Source: an uncultured Methylobacterium sp. (GTDB lineage Bacteria > Pseudomonadota > Alphaproteobacteria > Rhizobiales > Beijerinckiaceae). From it: a DNA stretch of 64,000 nt. Location of the stretch: NCBI GenBank assembly GCA_964242725.1, contig CAXTCV010000004.1, forward strand, positions 721 through 64,720. The letters are read 5' to 3'. Below, piece by piece: positions 32,794 through 42,485 of this stretch. A program made the position numbers and the translations under genes. Within the stretch, counting starts at the first letter, position 1, and each line of letters begins with the position of its first letter. The notes under the pieces were generated by a model. The model searched no databases. It saw only the letters and a program-made list of their open reading frames with translations, and had not been told where the DNA came from.

Positions 32794-34521
32794 ATGCCAG
32801 CCGACGACGAGACCGCGCACCTCCACCACGGGCACCCCCAGGCCGCGCTGCCGCTGAGCCGGAGGCAGATCCTCGGGACTGCCGCGGTCGGTCTGGCGGC
32901 GGCTGCGCTGCCACCCTCCCTGGCGATGGCCGACGCTGCGGACAGCAAGGTCGACGTACTGCTGATCGGCGGCGGCATCATGAGCGCCACGCTGGGCGTG
33001 TGGCTGGACGCGCTCCAGCCCGACTGGTCGATCCAGATGCTGGAGCGCCTGGATCAGGTCGCGATGGAGAGCTCGAACGGCTGGAACAATGCCGGCACGG
33101 GCCACTCGGCCCTCGCGGAGCTGAATTACACCCCGGAGAAGAACGGCAAGGTCGAGATCGCCAAGGCGGTGGAGATCAACGAGGCGTTCCAGGTCACCCG
33201 GCAGTTCCTGGCCCATCAGGTCCGGACCGGCGTGATGAAGGATCCGCAGGCCTTCATCAACTACACGCCGCATATGAGCTTCGTCTGGGGTGACGACAAC
33301 ATCGCGTATCTGAAGCGGCGCTGGGAGGCGCTGAAGGCCAGCCCCCTCTTCGCCGGCATGGAGTATTCGGAGGATCCGGAACAGCTGCGCAGATGGGTGC
33401 CGCTGATGATGGACGGGCGCGATCCGAAGCAGAAGATCGCCGCCACGTGGTCGCCGCTCGGGACCGATTGCGAGTGGGGCGAGGTGACCCGGCAATACGT
33501 CGCCTATCTGCGGAACAAGCCGGGCTTCAAGCTGCGACTCTCCACCGAGGTCGAGGGCATCGCCAGGAACGCGGACGGCTCCTGGCGGGTGACCGCCAGG
33601 AACCTCAAGGACGGGTCCCGCCAGAGCGTCGACGCCAAGTTCGTCTTCATCGGGGCTGGCGGCGGCGCGCTGCACCTGCTGCAGAAGTCCGGCATCCCCG
33701 AAGGCGACGAGTATGGTGGCTTCCCCGTGGGCGGCTCGTTCCTGATCAACGACAACCCGGACGTCGCCACGCTGCACCTCGCCAAGGCCTACGGCAAGGC
33801 ATCGGTGGGGTCGCCGCCGATGTCCGTGCCGCACCTCGACACGCGTGTGCTCGGCGGCAAGCGGGTGATCCTGTTCGGGCCGTTCGCGACCTTCTCGACC
33901 AAGTTCCTGAAGGAGGGATCGTATCTCGACCTCCTCAGCTCCACCACGAGCAGCAATGTCTGGCCGATGGTCCGCGTCGGCATCGACGAGTTCCCGCTGG
34001 TGGAATACCTCGCCGGGCAGCTGATGCTGTCGGACGACGACCGGATCGCCGCACTGCGGGAGTATTTCCCGAAGGCGAGGAAGGACGAGTGGCGCCTCTG
34101 GCAGGCCGGGCAGCGCGTGCAGATCATCAAGCGTGACGCGGACAAGGGCGGCGTGCTGAAGCTCGGCACGGAGATCGTCAATTCGCGGGACGGGAGCATC
34201 GCGGCGCTGCTCGGCGCCTCGCCCGGCGCGTCCACGGCGGCGCCGATCATGCTTCAGGTACTGGAGAAGGTGTTCCCCAAGAACGTCGCGACACCGGAAT
34301 GGCAGGCCAAGATCCGCGAGATCGTCCCGAGCTACGGCACGAAGCTCAACGACGATCCCGAGCGCGTCGCGCAGGAATGGGCGGCCACCAGCGCCGCGCT
34401 TCAGCTTCCCACGCCGCCCCGGATCGACCGCTCCATGCTGAAGCCGGTCCCGGTCAGCGCCACCGTCCTGAACAGCAGCGCCACGCCGGTGAAGGAGCCC
34501 GTTCACGACCTCGCGCCGTGA
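32794..34521 (+). CDS. mqo: Malate:quinone oxidoreductase with twin-arginine leader
   Basis: [40 protein letters not shown] and LLGASPGAS motifs. Confidence 0.96.
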   Translation: MPADDETAHLHHGHPQAALPLSRRQILGTAAVGLAAAALPPSLAMADAADSKVDVLLIGGGIMSATLGVWLDALQPDWSIQMLERLDQVAMESSNGWNNAGTGHSALAELNYTPEKNGKVEIAKAVEINEAFQVTRQFLAHQVRTGVMKDPQAFINYTPHMSFVWGDDNIAYLKRRWEALKASPLFAGMEYSEDPEQLRRWVPLMMDGRDPKQKIAATWSPLGTDCEWGEVTRQYVAYLRNKPGFKLRLSTEVEGIARNADGSWRVTARNLKDGSRQSVDAKFVFIGAGGGALHLLQKSGIPEGDEYGGFPVGGSFLINDNPDVATLHLAKAYGKASVGSPPMSVPHLDTRVLGGKRVILFGPFATFSTKFLKEGSYLDLLSSTTSSNVWPMVRVGIDEFPLVEYLAGQLMLSDDDRIAALREYFPKARKDEWRLWQAGQRVQIIKRDADKGGVLKLGTEIVNSRDGSIAALLGASPGASTAAPIMLQVLEKVFPKNVATPEWQAKIREIVPSYGTKLNDDPERVAQEWAATSAALQLPTPPRIDRSMLKPVPVSATVLNSSATPVKEPVHDLAP

Positions 34522-34570
34522 GCGACCGGCGGCGGCGCCAGCGCATCGTCCGGGATTCCGGGACGATGCG

Positions 34571-35305
34571 CTAGAGACCCACCCGTCCCAGAGCCGGCAG
34601 CTTGATCCCCGGGCGGCGCAGATCGAGACCGGCGACGCCGCCGAGCAGGTTCAGTTCGAGGCCCTCGACCCATCCAACGGTCAGCCCGGCATAGCCGCCC
34701 AGGTTGATCCGGATGCCGGTGCCGGACGGCGTCCAGCCGATCCAACGCCCGTCGTAGGGAAAATCCTTGCCGATCGCCGTGGTCGGCAGGCTGGCGCGGA
34801 TCTCGGGGACCGCGGCCATGATTGCGGCCACGAAGGTGTTCGAGTTCGGCCCAGGCCAGACGACGTAGTCGCCGGGGCGGGCGTAGCGGTACTCGGCCAC
34901 CGCCATCCGGATCCGCGGGAGTAGCGCCTCGGCCTCCGGACCGTCCGCCGCGAAGACGATTTCGGGGGCGTTTCCGAACCAGCGCCCATCCGGCACGAAG
35001 CGGTCGACCCAGATCGGCTGCCCCCAGGCCGTGTAGTCGAAGCGGCGGTAGGCGCCCGCGCCGCGGCCCTTGATGACGATCCAGCTGTGCGTCGCCACGA
35101 TGCCGCGCCAGCTCACCGTGCGGGCGGAGAAGATGCGCACGACCGCCCGTGGCTCGGCCTCGGCCGGGGGGAGCAACCCCGCGCTCGATCGGTCGGCGAG
35201 CCGCCAGTCGCCGCCGGCCCGCAGCCAGTAGAGCGTGGCGGAGATCGCGACGGGCACGAGGAAGAGGGCGGCGATCGCGAGAAGCGCGATCCTGATCAGC
35301 GTCAC
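34571..35305 (-). CDS. DUF3750 family protein
   Basis: SSAGLLP, WRGIVATHSW, WPGPNSNTF and AIGKDF motifs; GTG start inferred. Confidence 0.8.
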   Translation of the reverse strand: MTLIRIALLAIAALFLVPVAISATLYWLRAGGDWRLADRSSAGLLPPAEAEPRAVVRIFSARTVSWRGIVATHSWIVIKGRGAGAYRRFDYTAWGQPIWVDRFVPDGRWFGNAPEIVFAADGPEAEALLPRIRMAVAEYRYARPGDYVVWPGPNSNTFVAAIMAAVPEIRASLPTTAIGKDFPYDGRWIGWTPSGTGIRINLGGYAGLTVGWVEGLELNLLGGVAGLDLRRPGIKLPALGRVGL

Positions 35306-35330
35306 GGTGAAGCCGGGGCGTATGAGGCGA

Positions 35331-36263
35331 TCACCCGCATGTAGGGAGGGCTGGGCCGTGCGGGAGTGCGACCGGATCGGCCGGCCGCCCGAGGGCCGCG
35401 AGGGCATCGAGGAGGAGCGTTGCGGCCAGGAGATCGGCGCAGCCACCGGGACTGAGCCGTGCCGCCACGAAATCGTGGTGGATCCGGGTCGCCCGGTCGC
35501 GCCAACCGGCGGCCCCCACGCCGCCGGCCGCGAGGAAGGCCGCCGCGGTGGCGCGCGCCGCTGCCAGCCCGTCCGCGCCGCCGCGATGGAGCAGGTTCGT
35601 ATCGTCGAGCACGGCGAGGAGGGCAAAGAAACAGTCGACCCGGGCAGCCTCCGGATCGTCCGGTGCGCGGGTCCGACCAAGGCGCAGGGCCGGTAAACCG
35701 ACTTCGCGGATCGTCGGGAAGCCGGCCGCCGCCTCGGCTCCGGCGCCCCCGACGCCATATCGCCGCGCCGCGCGTCCCCCGTGGCTCAGCGGCGAAGCGG
35801 GTGCCTGGATGATCGCCTGACCCCACAGCTCGCCCACCGCCGCGGCATGGTCCTCGGCCGAGGCCGGTGCCGCATCGGACACACCCGCCGCCGCGCAGAT
35901 GAGACCCAGGGAGAAGATGGCGCCGCGATGCGCGTTGACGCCGCCGGTCGCCCGCATCATCGCCGCCTCGGCCCGGATCCCGATCGCGCGCAACTCCGCC
36001 ATCGCGGCGCCCCGGGCTCCGGCGGCGACCAGATCGGCGAAGTACGGCCGGATCGCCGCCGCGCTGCGGCGCAGAGTGTCGGCATCCATGTCGTCGTGGC
36101 TGCCGGCATCGATCACGCTCACGAGGCCGGGCTTGGGCCAGGTCTCCAGCTCGTCGATCAGCGCCGCGTGGGCGAGGGTCGCGACGCGCTCGGCCCAGCC
36201 CTCGGCACCGGCCGGCGACGGGACGCGGTGTTGATGCTGGCGCAGATCGAAGGCTCCCGGCAA
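35331..36263 (-). CDS. mdcB: Triphosphoribosyl-dephospho-CoA synthase (MdcB/CitG)
   Basis: PKPGLV, GSHDDM, TGGVNAHRGAIF, DTNLLHRGG and SPGGCADLLA motifs; start uncertain. Confidence 0.9.
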   Translation of the reverse strand: MPGAFDLRQHQHRVPSPAGAEGWAERVATLAHAALIDELETWPKPGLVSVIDAGSHDDMDADTLRRSAAAIRPYFADLVAAGARGAAMAELRAIGIRAEAAMMRATGGVNAHRGAIFSLGLICAAAGVSDAAPASAEDHAAAVGELWGQAIIQAPASPLSHGGRAARRYGVGGAGAEAAAGFPTIREVGLPALRLGRTRAPDDPEAARVDCFFALLAVLDDTNLLHRGGADGLAAARATAAAFLAAGGVGAAGWRDRATRIHHDFVAARLSPGGCADLLAATLLLDALAALGRPADPVALPHGPALPTCG

Positions 36264-36351
36264 AGCGCGTCGGCGCGGCCCGCGACCGGGCCGGTGTCGG
36301 GCGCTTATACCGAAAGACCGCTCCGCCGCATCCCGGCGCGCCGCGGGACCC

Positions 36352-38334
36352 TCACGCCGCCGAGGCCACCGCCGGTGAGATCCGTTTGCGCGCCTTCTTG
36401 TCCTCGGTGCTGCTGAGGAACGCCTGCGCTTCTTCCTTGCGCTCGAACACATGGGGGGCGACGCCGCGCCGGGTCAGCGCCTCCTCCATCTTCAGGCGCA
36501 GGAAGGCGCTCGTCGCGTAGCGGGTCGTGGTCGCGTAGTAATTCGCCTGGAGGTACTGCATGACCCCGGCGTAATCGTCGACCAGGTTCTCGTTGAGCCG
36601 GAAGCCGTCGTGGTTGATCACGGCGTTGACCCGCTGCCCGGCCTTGCGGCACGCCTCGACGATGGTCATGCGCAGCTCGTCCATGTCGCCCATCACCCGG
36701 CAATACCAGCCTTCCAGGTTGATGAAGAGGATGTTGCGCTCGCCGTCGTAGCTGACGCGCGATTTCAGATCGAGGTTGAGCAGGTCGGAGATCAGCTCCA
36801 TCGGATCGTCGCGGAAGATGCGCGGATCCATGGGCACCGGATTCCGCACCACGGGGGCGAAGTCCATATGGGCGAGGATGTCCCGCTCGATGTCGATCCC
36901 GGGCGCGACCTCCACCAGTTCCAGGCCGGCCGCGGTCAGCTGGAACACACAGCGCTCGGTCACGTAGAGGACCGGCTGCGCGCGCTCCACCGCGTAGGGC
37001 CCCGAGAAGGTGTTCTGCTGAACCTCGGTCACGAACTTTCGGGCCTTGCCCTCGCTCACGATCCGGACCTGGCCGTCCTGCACGGCGATCTCCAGGCCGC
37101 CCGCCGTGAAGGTTCCGGCGAACACCACCGTGCGGGCGTTCTGCGAGATGTTGATGAAGCCACCGCACCCATTGAGCTTGCCGCCGAACTTCGAGGTGTT
37201 GACGTTGCCGGCGGCGTCGCACTCGGCCATGCCGAGGCAGGTCATGTCGAGGCCGCCGCCGTCGTAGAAGTCGAACATCTGGTTCTGGTCGATGATGCAA
37301 TCGGCGTTGGTGGCGGCGCCGAAGCTCGATCCGGAGGCCAGGACCCCGCCCACGGCTCCGGCCTCGGTGGTCAGGGTGATGTAGGGGGTGATCTTCTCCT
37401 CGTTGGCCACCGACGCGATCCCCTCCGGCGCGCCGACCCCGAGATTGACCACGCCGTTCGGCGGCAGCTCGAAGGCGGCCCGGCGGGCGATGATCTTGCG
37501 CTCGTTGAGCGGCATCCGCTTGATGCCGGTGACCGGGACGCGGATCTCGCCGGCGAGCGCGGCGTCGTGCATCACGCCGTAGTTCATCCGGTGCATCTCC
37601 GGCTCGGCGACCACCACGCAGTCGACCAGGATGCCGGGCACGCGCACATCCTTGGGCAGGAGATAGCCGTCGTCGACGATGCGCTCGACCTGGGCGATGA
37701 CGATGCCCCCGTTGTTGCGGGCCGCCATGGCCTGGGCGAGGCAGTCGAGGGTCAGCGCTTCCTTCTCGTAGGAGAGGTTGCCCGACGGGTCGGCCGAGGT
37801 GGCGCGGATGAAGGCGACGTCGATCTTGGTGGCGGTGTAGAACAGCCACTCTTCCCCATCGACCTCGACCAGCTTGACGATGTCCTCCGTGGTCAGCTCG
37901 TTGACCTTCGCGCCCCCGTGGCGTGGGTCGACATAGGTCTTGAGCCCCACCTTCGAGAACAGGCCCGGCTGGCCGGCCGCGCAGGCCCGGTAAAGCTGCG
38001 AGATGACGCCCTGGGGCAGGTTGTAGCCGCGGATCAGGTTGTCCTGCGCCGCCTTGGCGACCTTCGGCATGCGGCCGAAATTGGCCGCGATCACGCGCGC
38101 GAGCAGGCCATGGTGATGAAGCCGCCCGGTGCCGAGCCCCTTGCTGTCGCCTGCGCCCGCCGTCATGATCAGGGTGAGTCCACGCGGCGAGCCGCTGTCG
38201 ACGAACCGCCGCTCCAGGGCGGCGTGGAGCGCCTCCGGAATACAGCTCTGGACGAACCCCGTGGTGGTCACCACGTCGTTCTCGCGGATCAGCGCGATGG
38301 CCTCATCCGCAGAGATGACCTTGTTCTTCCTCAT
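36352..38334 (-). CDS. Family I acyl-CoA:acetate/propionate CoA-transferase (YdiF/Pct-like) with C-terminal extension
   Basis: YNLPQG, VGLKTYVDPR, NLGVGAPE, TTEAG (catalytic Glu), GGFINISQNA and YVTERCVF motifs. Confidence 0.92.
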   Translation of the reverse strand: MRKNKVISADEAIALIRENDVVTTTGFVQSCIPEALHAALERRFVDSGSPRGLTLIMTAGAGDSKGLGTGRLHHHGLLARVIAANFGRMPKVAKAAQDNLIRGYNLPQGVISQLYRACAAGQPGLFSKVGLKTYVDPRHGGAKVNELTTEDIVKLVEVDGEEWLFYTATKIDVAFIRATSADPSGNLSYEKEALTLDCLAQAMAARNNGGIVIAQVERIVDDGYLLPKDVRVPGILVDCVVVAEPEMHRMNYGVMHDAALAGEIRVPVTGIKRMPLNERKIIARRAAFELPPNGVVNLGVGAPEGIASVANEEKITPYITLTTEAGAVGGVLASGSSFGAATNADCIIDQNQMFDFYDGGGLDMTCLGMAECDAAGNVNTSKFGGKLNGCGGFINISQNARTVVFAGTFTAGGLEIAVQDGQVRIVSEGKARKFVTEVQQNTFSGPYAVERAQPVLYVTERCVFQLTAAGLELVEVAPGIDIERDILAHMDFAPVVRNPVPMDPRIFRDDPMELISDLLNLDLKSRVSYDGERNILFINLEGWYCRVMGDMDELRMTIVEACRKAGQRVNAVINHDGFRLNENLVDDYAGVMQYLQANYYATTTRYATSAFLRLKMEEALTRRGVAPHVFERKEEAQAFLSSTEDKKARKRISPAVASAA

Positions 38335-38706
38335 GAAGCCCGTGAACCTCCCCGGATATCGCAAGCGCGGCCGGCCGCGACGCGGGCCGACTCGAAGACT
38401 GGTCTGCACCAACCGTGTGCGGCCGGATTGGATCTGAGCTCAGGACCAGTCGAGTTCGGCATACGGCCCCTATTGCACCGCATCAATATTTGCGGCATCG
38501 CACGATGCTGCGAACCTTTCCGAGCATAGTACTCCGGAAATGGAGTTGTGTGCCGCTGAAAAACTCTTCGCGCGATCAGCAGAAAAATTGCGCGGTCACC
38601 GCCCGGGCTCACGCGGATCCGGCGCTCGTGTTCAACGGGGTACGATGTGTGCGATTGCAGTCGCGTGACGGTGTTGCCTGACGCGTGTCCCGATCTTCTC
38701 CGCGTG

Positions 38707-38809
38707 CTGAGGTGCTGCGCAGCAGCCGTAAGCAGACCCCCAGGGATCGCGCGCCCGGCGGGAGTGCTCCGCCGCGGTGTCCGGTCCGCTAGGCCACCTC
38801 AGGATGAGG
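38707..38809. repeat. Degenerate dispersed palindromic repeat, copy 3
   Basis: Terminal inverted CTGAGGTG (38707) / CACCTCAG (38795), ends in CCTCAGGATGAGG, internal CCAGGGATCGC. Confidence 0.55.
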
Positions 38810-39315
38810 TCGAGACGGGCAAAAACCGATCTAACAGGGTTTCCGAAGGCCGCACAATTGGGTGTCATGGCAATGACGTAGCTTTACGAAAGTCTATCTT
38901 TCACAGAATTCTGGATCGCCGTACCGGATTTATTTTTTAATCGAAGCCTTTGATGGCATTGACGGTGTAAATCGTCTGCGATGCGCAGGGATCCTGACGG
39001 CGGGTGCATCGGCGGATAAAGCGCCGCCACTCAGCCGGGCCACTTGTGGATCGGGTCGACTCAGCGAACGGGCTTCCGGTGATCCATCGCATCGACATCG
39101 GCCCGGTTCATCATGATCGCCCTGGCGTCGGAGGGGACCGGAACGCAGTGCAGGGGGTTATCCGGGGACACGTTGTGGCACTGCGCATCGCGCGCGGTGC
39201 GCGGCAGGACGCTTTCCCGTTCGACGCCTCGCCTGAAAGCAGAAGAGCGAGCGGGCGAGACCGCCACCGCTCGGTGGCCCCGCCCGTCGGCCCATGGGGG
39301 CGACGCGCCGTCCGC

Positions 39316-40290
39316 CTAGAAGTCGTACAGCCGCTTGGGATTGTCGACGAGGATCCGGTCCCGCGTCGCGCGGTCCGGCACCCATTCGGCCAGCAGATCG
39401 AGCAGGCGGCCGTCATCGACATTCTGAGCCGGGGCGAGATCCGTCGGCTTGCGATCGGGCTTCGGCGTGCTGTCCGGGTGTGGCCAGTCGCTGCCCCAGA
39501 TGAGCCGGTCCGGGTTCGTCGCCGCGAGGGCGCGGGCCAGCGGCAGCACGTCGGGGTAATCCGGCGCCTTGTCGGAGGCGCGATAGGCACCCGACAGCTT
39601 CACCCAGGCCTTTCCGCTGCGCACGAGGTCGAGCACATCGCCGAAGCCGGGCTGATCGGGGCCGAGGGCGGCCTGCGCGCCGGCGAAGTGGTCGAAGACG
39701 ACCGGGACCGGCAGGGCCGACAGTTGCTGCTTCAGCGGGCCGATGACCGACAGGCGGGAGTAGACCTGCAGGTGCCACGGGCGTTGGCCGATCTGCTGGA
39801 CGGCACTGTCCAGCGCCTTGGCCGAGACGGCGGGATCGAACACGCCGGCCTGCTCCAGGTTAACCCGGATGCCGCGGATCCCGGCCTTCACCAGCGCATC
39901 GAGGTCGGCGGAGCTGGTCCCCGGCCCGATCACGGCAACGCCCCGAGCCCGCTGCGGCCCGAGCACGCGCAGGCCGTCGAGCGTCGCCGCGTTGTCGGTG
40001 CCATAGACGCTCGGCGTCACGATCACCACGCGGTCGAGCTTGAGCGCGTGCTGGAGGGCGAGCAGGGCCTCGGGCGGATCGACCGGTGGGGTGTAGGCGC
40101 GCCCACTCCAGAACGGGAACTTGGCGGGATCCGGGATGACGTGGACATGGCAGTCGCACGCGCCCGGCGGGACCTGGAACCTGACGGGGGTCTTCACGGT
40201 GGAGGCCTCGGCCGCAGCCCACCCCGGTTGGGTGGTGACGGCGAAGCCGCCGATTGCGGCGAAAGCGAGCGTCTGTCGACGTGACAGCAT
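39316..40290 (-). CDS. Amidohydrolase_2 family (LigI/PDC lactonase-like) with Tat leader
   Basis: DCHVH, PSVYGTDN, DHFA, WVKLSG and WGSDWPH motifs; SRRQTL leader. Confidence 0.92.
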   Translation of the reverse strand: MLSRRQTLAFAAIGGFAVTTQPGWAAAEASTVKTPVRFQVPPGACDCHVHVIPDPAKFPFWSGRAYTPPVDPPEALLALQHALKLDRVVIVTPSVYGTDNAATLDGLRVLGPQRARGVAVIGPGTSSADLDALVKAGIRGIRVNLEQAGVFDPAVSAKALDSAVQQIGQRPWHLQVYSRLSVIGPLKQQLSALPVPVVFDHFAGAQAALGPDQPGFGDVLDLVRSGKAWVKLSGAYRASDKAPDYPDVLPLARALAATNPDRLIWGSDWPHPDSTPKPDRKPTDLAPAQNVDDGRLLDLLAEWVPDRATRDRILVDNPKRLYDF

Positions 40291-40874
40291 GGGGGTCTCC
40301 TCCGGATGTCCTCGCGGCCTTCTGTGGGCGCGGCCCGGATCGGATCACTCGCGCACGCAAACCGCAAGTTGCCGTGGGATCGGTGCGGTCGCGCCTGTCG
40401 ATCCGCCGGATCCACGAGGCGGTGAGGGTCGGTCATCGGCGCGACGCCGCGGTGAACGAAGCTTTTACCAACTGGGCGCCCTCGCGCGGTCCGCCGCGAT
40501 CCCGCCGGGCGTCGCCGACGTTCGATCGGCAATCCCGCCGTCGATGTTCGGTCATGCTGATCCCCAGTCCGTTCACGGGACAGATCGTCGATATCTGTGT
40601 GCCGCGGCCCGGGCCGAAGGAGACATGATGCCGATGCGCGCATCGCAGTAATTCGATCCTGGATACGCGAACGTTGTCCCGTCATGACTTCGTTGCGCAG
40701 CCATCCGACAGTCGCGATGGATCTTTGTATACGCTGTGTCGCTGATGACAATTTAAGCACGCCGGGAACACGGATCGACGGCTCTCGGCCGGCCGAACGC
40801 CGCCGCAGTCTGAGGCCGAACTCGGCTGTCGTTGCCGCCTCGGTCACGCGCGGCGCAACGGCAATCGCCGAAGC

Positions 40875-40899
40875 GGAACCATTAGCTGAGCCGTTCGTT
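40875..40899 (+). promoter_or_regulatory. Sigma-EcfG promoter, probably giving a leaderless transcript
   Basis: Exact GGAAC-N16-CGTT, ending 8 nt before the ATG at 40908. Confidence 0.7.
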
Positions 40900-40907
40900 C
40901 AACGGCC

Positions 40908-41390
40908 ATGGAACACTATAAGTCCACCCTCGCGACGGCTGCGGTTGCTGCATTCGGCCTTCTGGCCGCTGCGCACCTCCTGCATCCCGGCAATTACGAG
41001 GATCAGCCGAGGCAGGTGCGCGTGCTCGGCGTGGGCAACGCTGAACCGTCCCGCATTGCGGCCTGGGTCGATCCGCCGGTACGACAGAGCGTGTCGACCG
41101 CGTTGTCCGGCGCTCTGATCACGTCGGCGCAGGCGGCTGAGCCCGCTTCGGCGCCAGCGGGCGGGCCACCGGTTCACGCCTCGTCGGAGCCGGTCCGGAA
41201 GTCGGACGCGTCCAGGCGGCGCAAGGTGACGCAGCGCAGGATCCGCACGCATCAGGCGGCACTCACCCGCAGCGCGCAGGGTGATCTGGCCATGGATCGA
41301 CCGGTCTCTGCGCCCGAGCAGGCACAGGCGACCACAGACCGCTTCGACCCGATCCGCGCTTTGATCCACGGCCTAGGCCTCGATAGCTGA
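40908..41390 (+). CDS. Hypothetical exported or membrane-anchored protein
   Basis: N-terminal hydrophobic segment, AAWVDPP motif, C-terminal FDPIRALIHGLG. Confidence 0.7.
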   Translation: MEHYKSTLATAAVAAFGLLAAAHLLHPGNYEDQPRQVRVLGVGNAEPSRIAAWVDPPVRQSVSTALSGALITSAQAAEPASAPAGGPPVHASSEPVRKSDASRRRKVTQRRIRTHQAALTRSAQGDLAMDRPVSAPEQAQATTDRFDPIRALIHGLGLDS

Positions 41391-42000
41391 GCGCCGATTC
41401 GCGCCGACGCGGAACAGCGGTTCGTCGAGATGCTTGACCACGCTGAGCGTGGGAGCACGCGATTCGCGTTCTTCAGGTGCGGCAAGGATCGGCGGGGACG
41501 ATCCTTTGGACCGGTTCAGCCGCAGACGCGATCGCCGCCGTCGACGCGCTGGCGCGTGAGGCCGGCTAGGACGACCACAGCGACATCCCCGAGCATCTGC
41601 GCGTCCGCGTCCTCCTGGCGGAGGAGGTCCGGGTCCGAGGCATGCGCACTGTCGGACAATGGGAGCGGGCGGGCGTGACTGTCTGGCCAGCGTCGCCGAG
41701 CGACGCATGCCGGTGTACCGACACGGTACAATCCGGGCAGCGACACCATAGGCCGTCAATCTGCCGGCTTCCGACACGGGCGATGCGCATTCCGATTGGC
41801 AAGCCAGACGGAACTTCTATCCGACTTTAGCGGTCTATACTTAAGATCTTGTTGCCAACATCATGCAAATGCATCTTTCTGCGGACAGCGCGCGCAAAGC
41901 GCCTGAAAATTCAGGCGGTAATTCCAATACATATTAAGACATATCGATCACGGCGATGCTACATCGATGGCTCGAGATCTGACTTACTCAGGTTGTATCC

Positions 42001-42360
42001 GTGGCAATATGCAATCGACACCGCCCGCTTCTCATCGGCGCACCGATCGCGATCGCGATGGCGTTCCTCGCATTCGGCCCGGCCCAGGCCAGCCTGTCGA
42101 GCGTGGTCCAGATCGTGCTGCAGAAGGGCCGACGCTACGATCCGACCGACCTTTTCCTGCACCGGGGTGACACCATCACCCTGGTCAACGGCGACGAAAA
42201 CGCCGTGCATCATGCCTTCATCGAGGCCGACCAGTTCTCGTTCGACGCCGGCGATGAAGAGCCCGGCAAGCAGGCCACGCTGACGCTGAGGGAGCCCGGT
42301 GACTTCGTCATCCAGTGTGGCATCCATCCGAAGATGAAACTCACGCTCCACGTGCAATAG
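42001..42360 (+). CDS. Cupredoxin / blue-copper protein (plastocyanin-amicyanin-like)
   Basis: Signal peptide (AQA), GDTITLVN, an upstream His and the C-x-x-H-x-x-M ligand loop CGIHPKM. Confidence 0.88.
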   Translation: MAICNRHRPLLIGAPIAIAMAFLAFGPAQASLSSVVQIVLQKGRRYDPTDLFLHRGDTITLVNGDENAVHHAFIEADQFSFDAGDEEPGKQATLTLREPGDFVIQCGIHPKMKLTLHVQ

Positions 42361-42402
42361 CCCGCCGGATCGCAGTCCGAGGCGGGCTCCGGACCCTTTC
42401 GC

Positions 42403-42437
42403 GATCCCCGCCGTCTCGGAATGAGACGGCGGGGATC
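42403..42437. terminator. Hairpin between convergent cupredoxin and katG genes
   Basis: Perfect 15-bp stem GATCCCCGCCGTCTC / GAGACGGCGGGGATC. Confidence 0.7.
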
Positions 42438-42485
42438 CTATTCCAACGCGCGCCGCCTGAAGCGGCGCACGCCAAGGTCGGACGA

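Noticed and set aside
34571-35758. Apparent long overlap of DUF3750 with mdcB
   Set aside because: The upstream part is an off-frame read of mdcB; the start is near 35305.
38712-38726. TGCTGCGCAGCA as a PhaR site
   Set aside because: It lies inside the dispersed palindromic repeat, which explains it better.
41516-41749. 77-aa minus-strand ORF
   Set aside because: No recognisable motif or clear RBS; cannot be supported.
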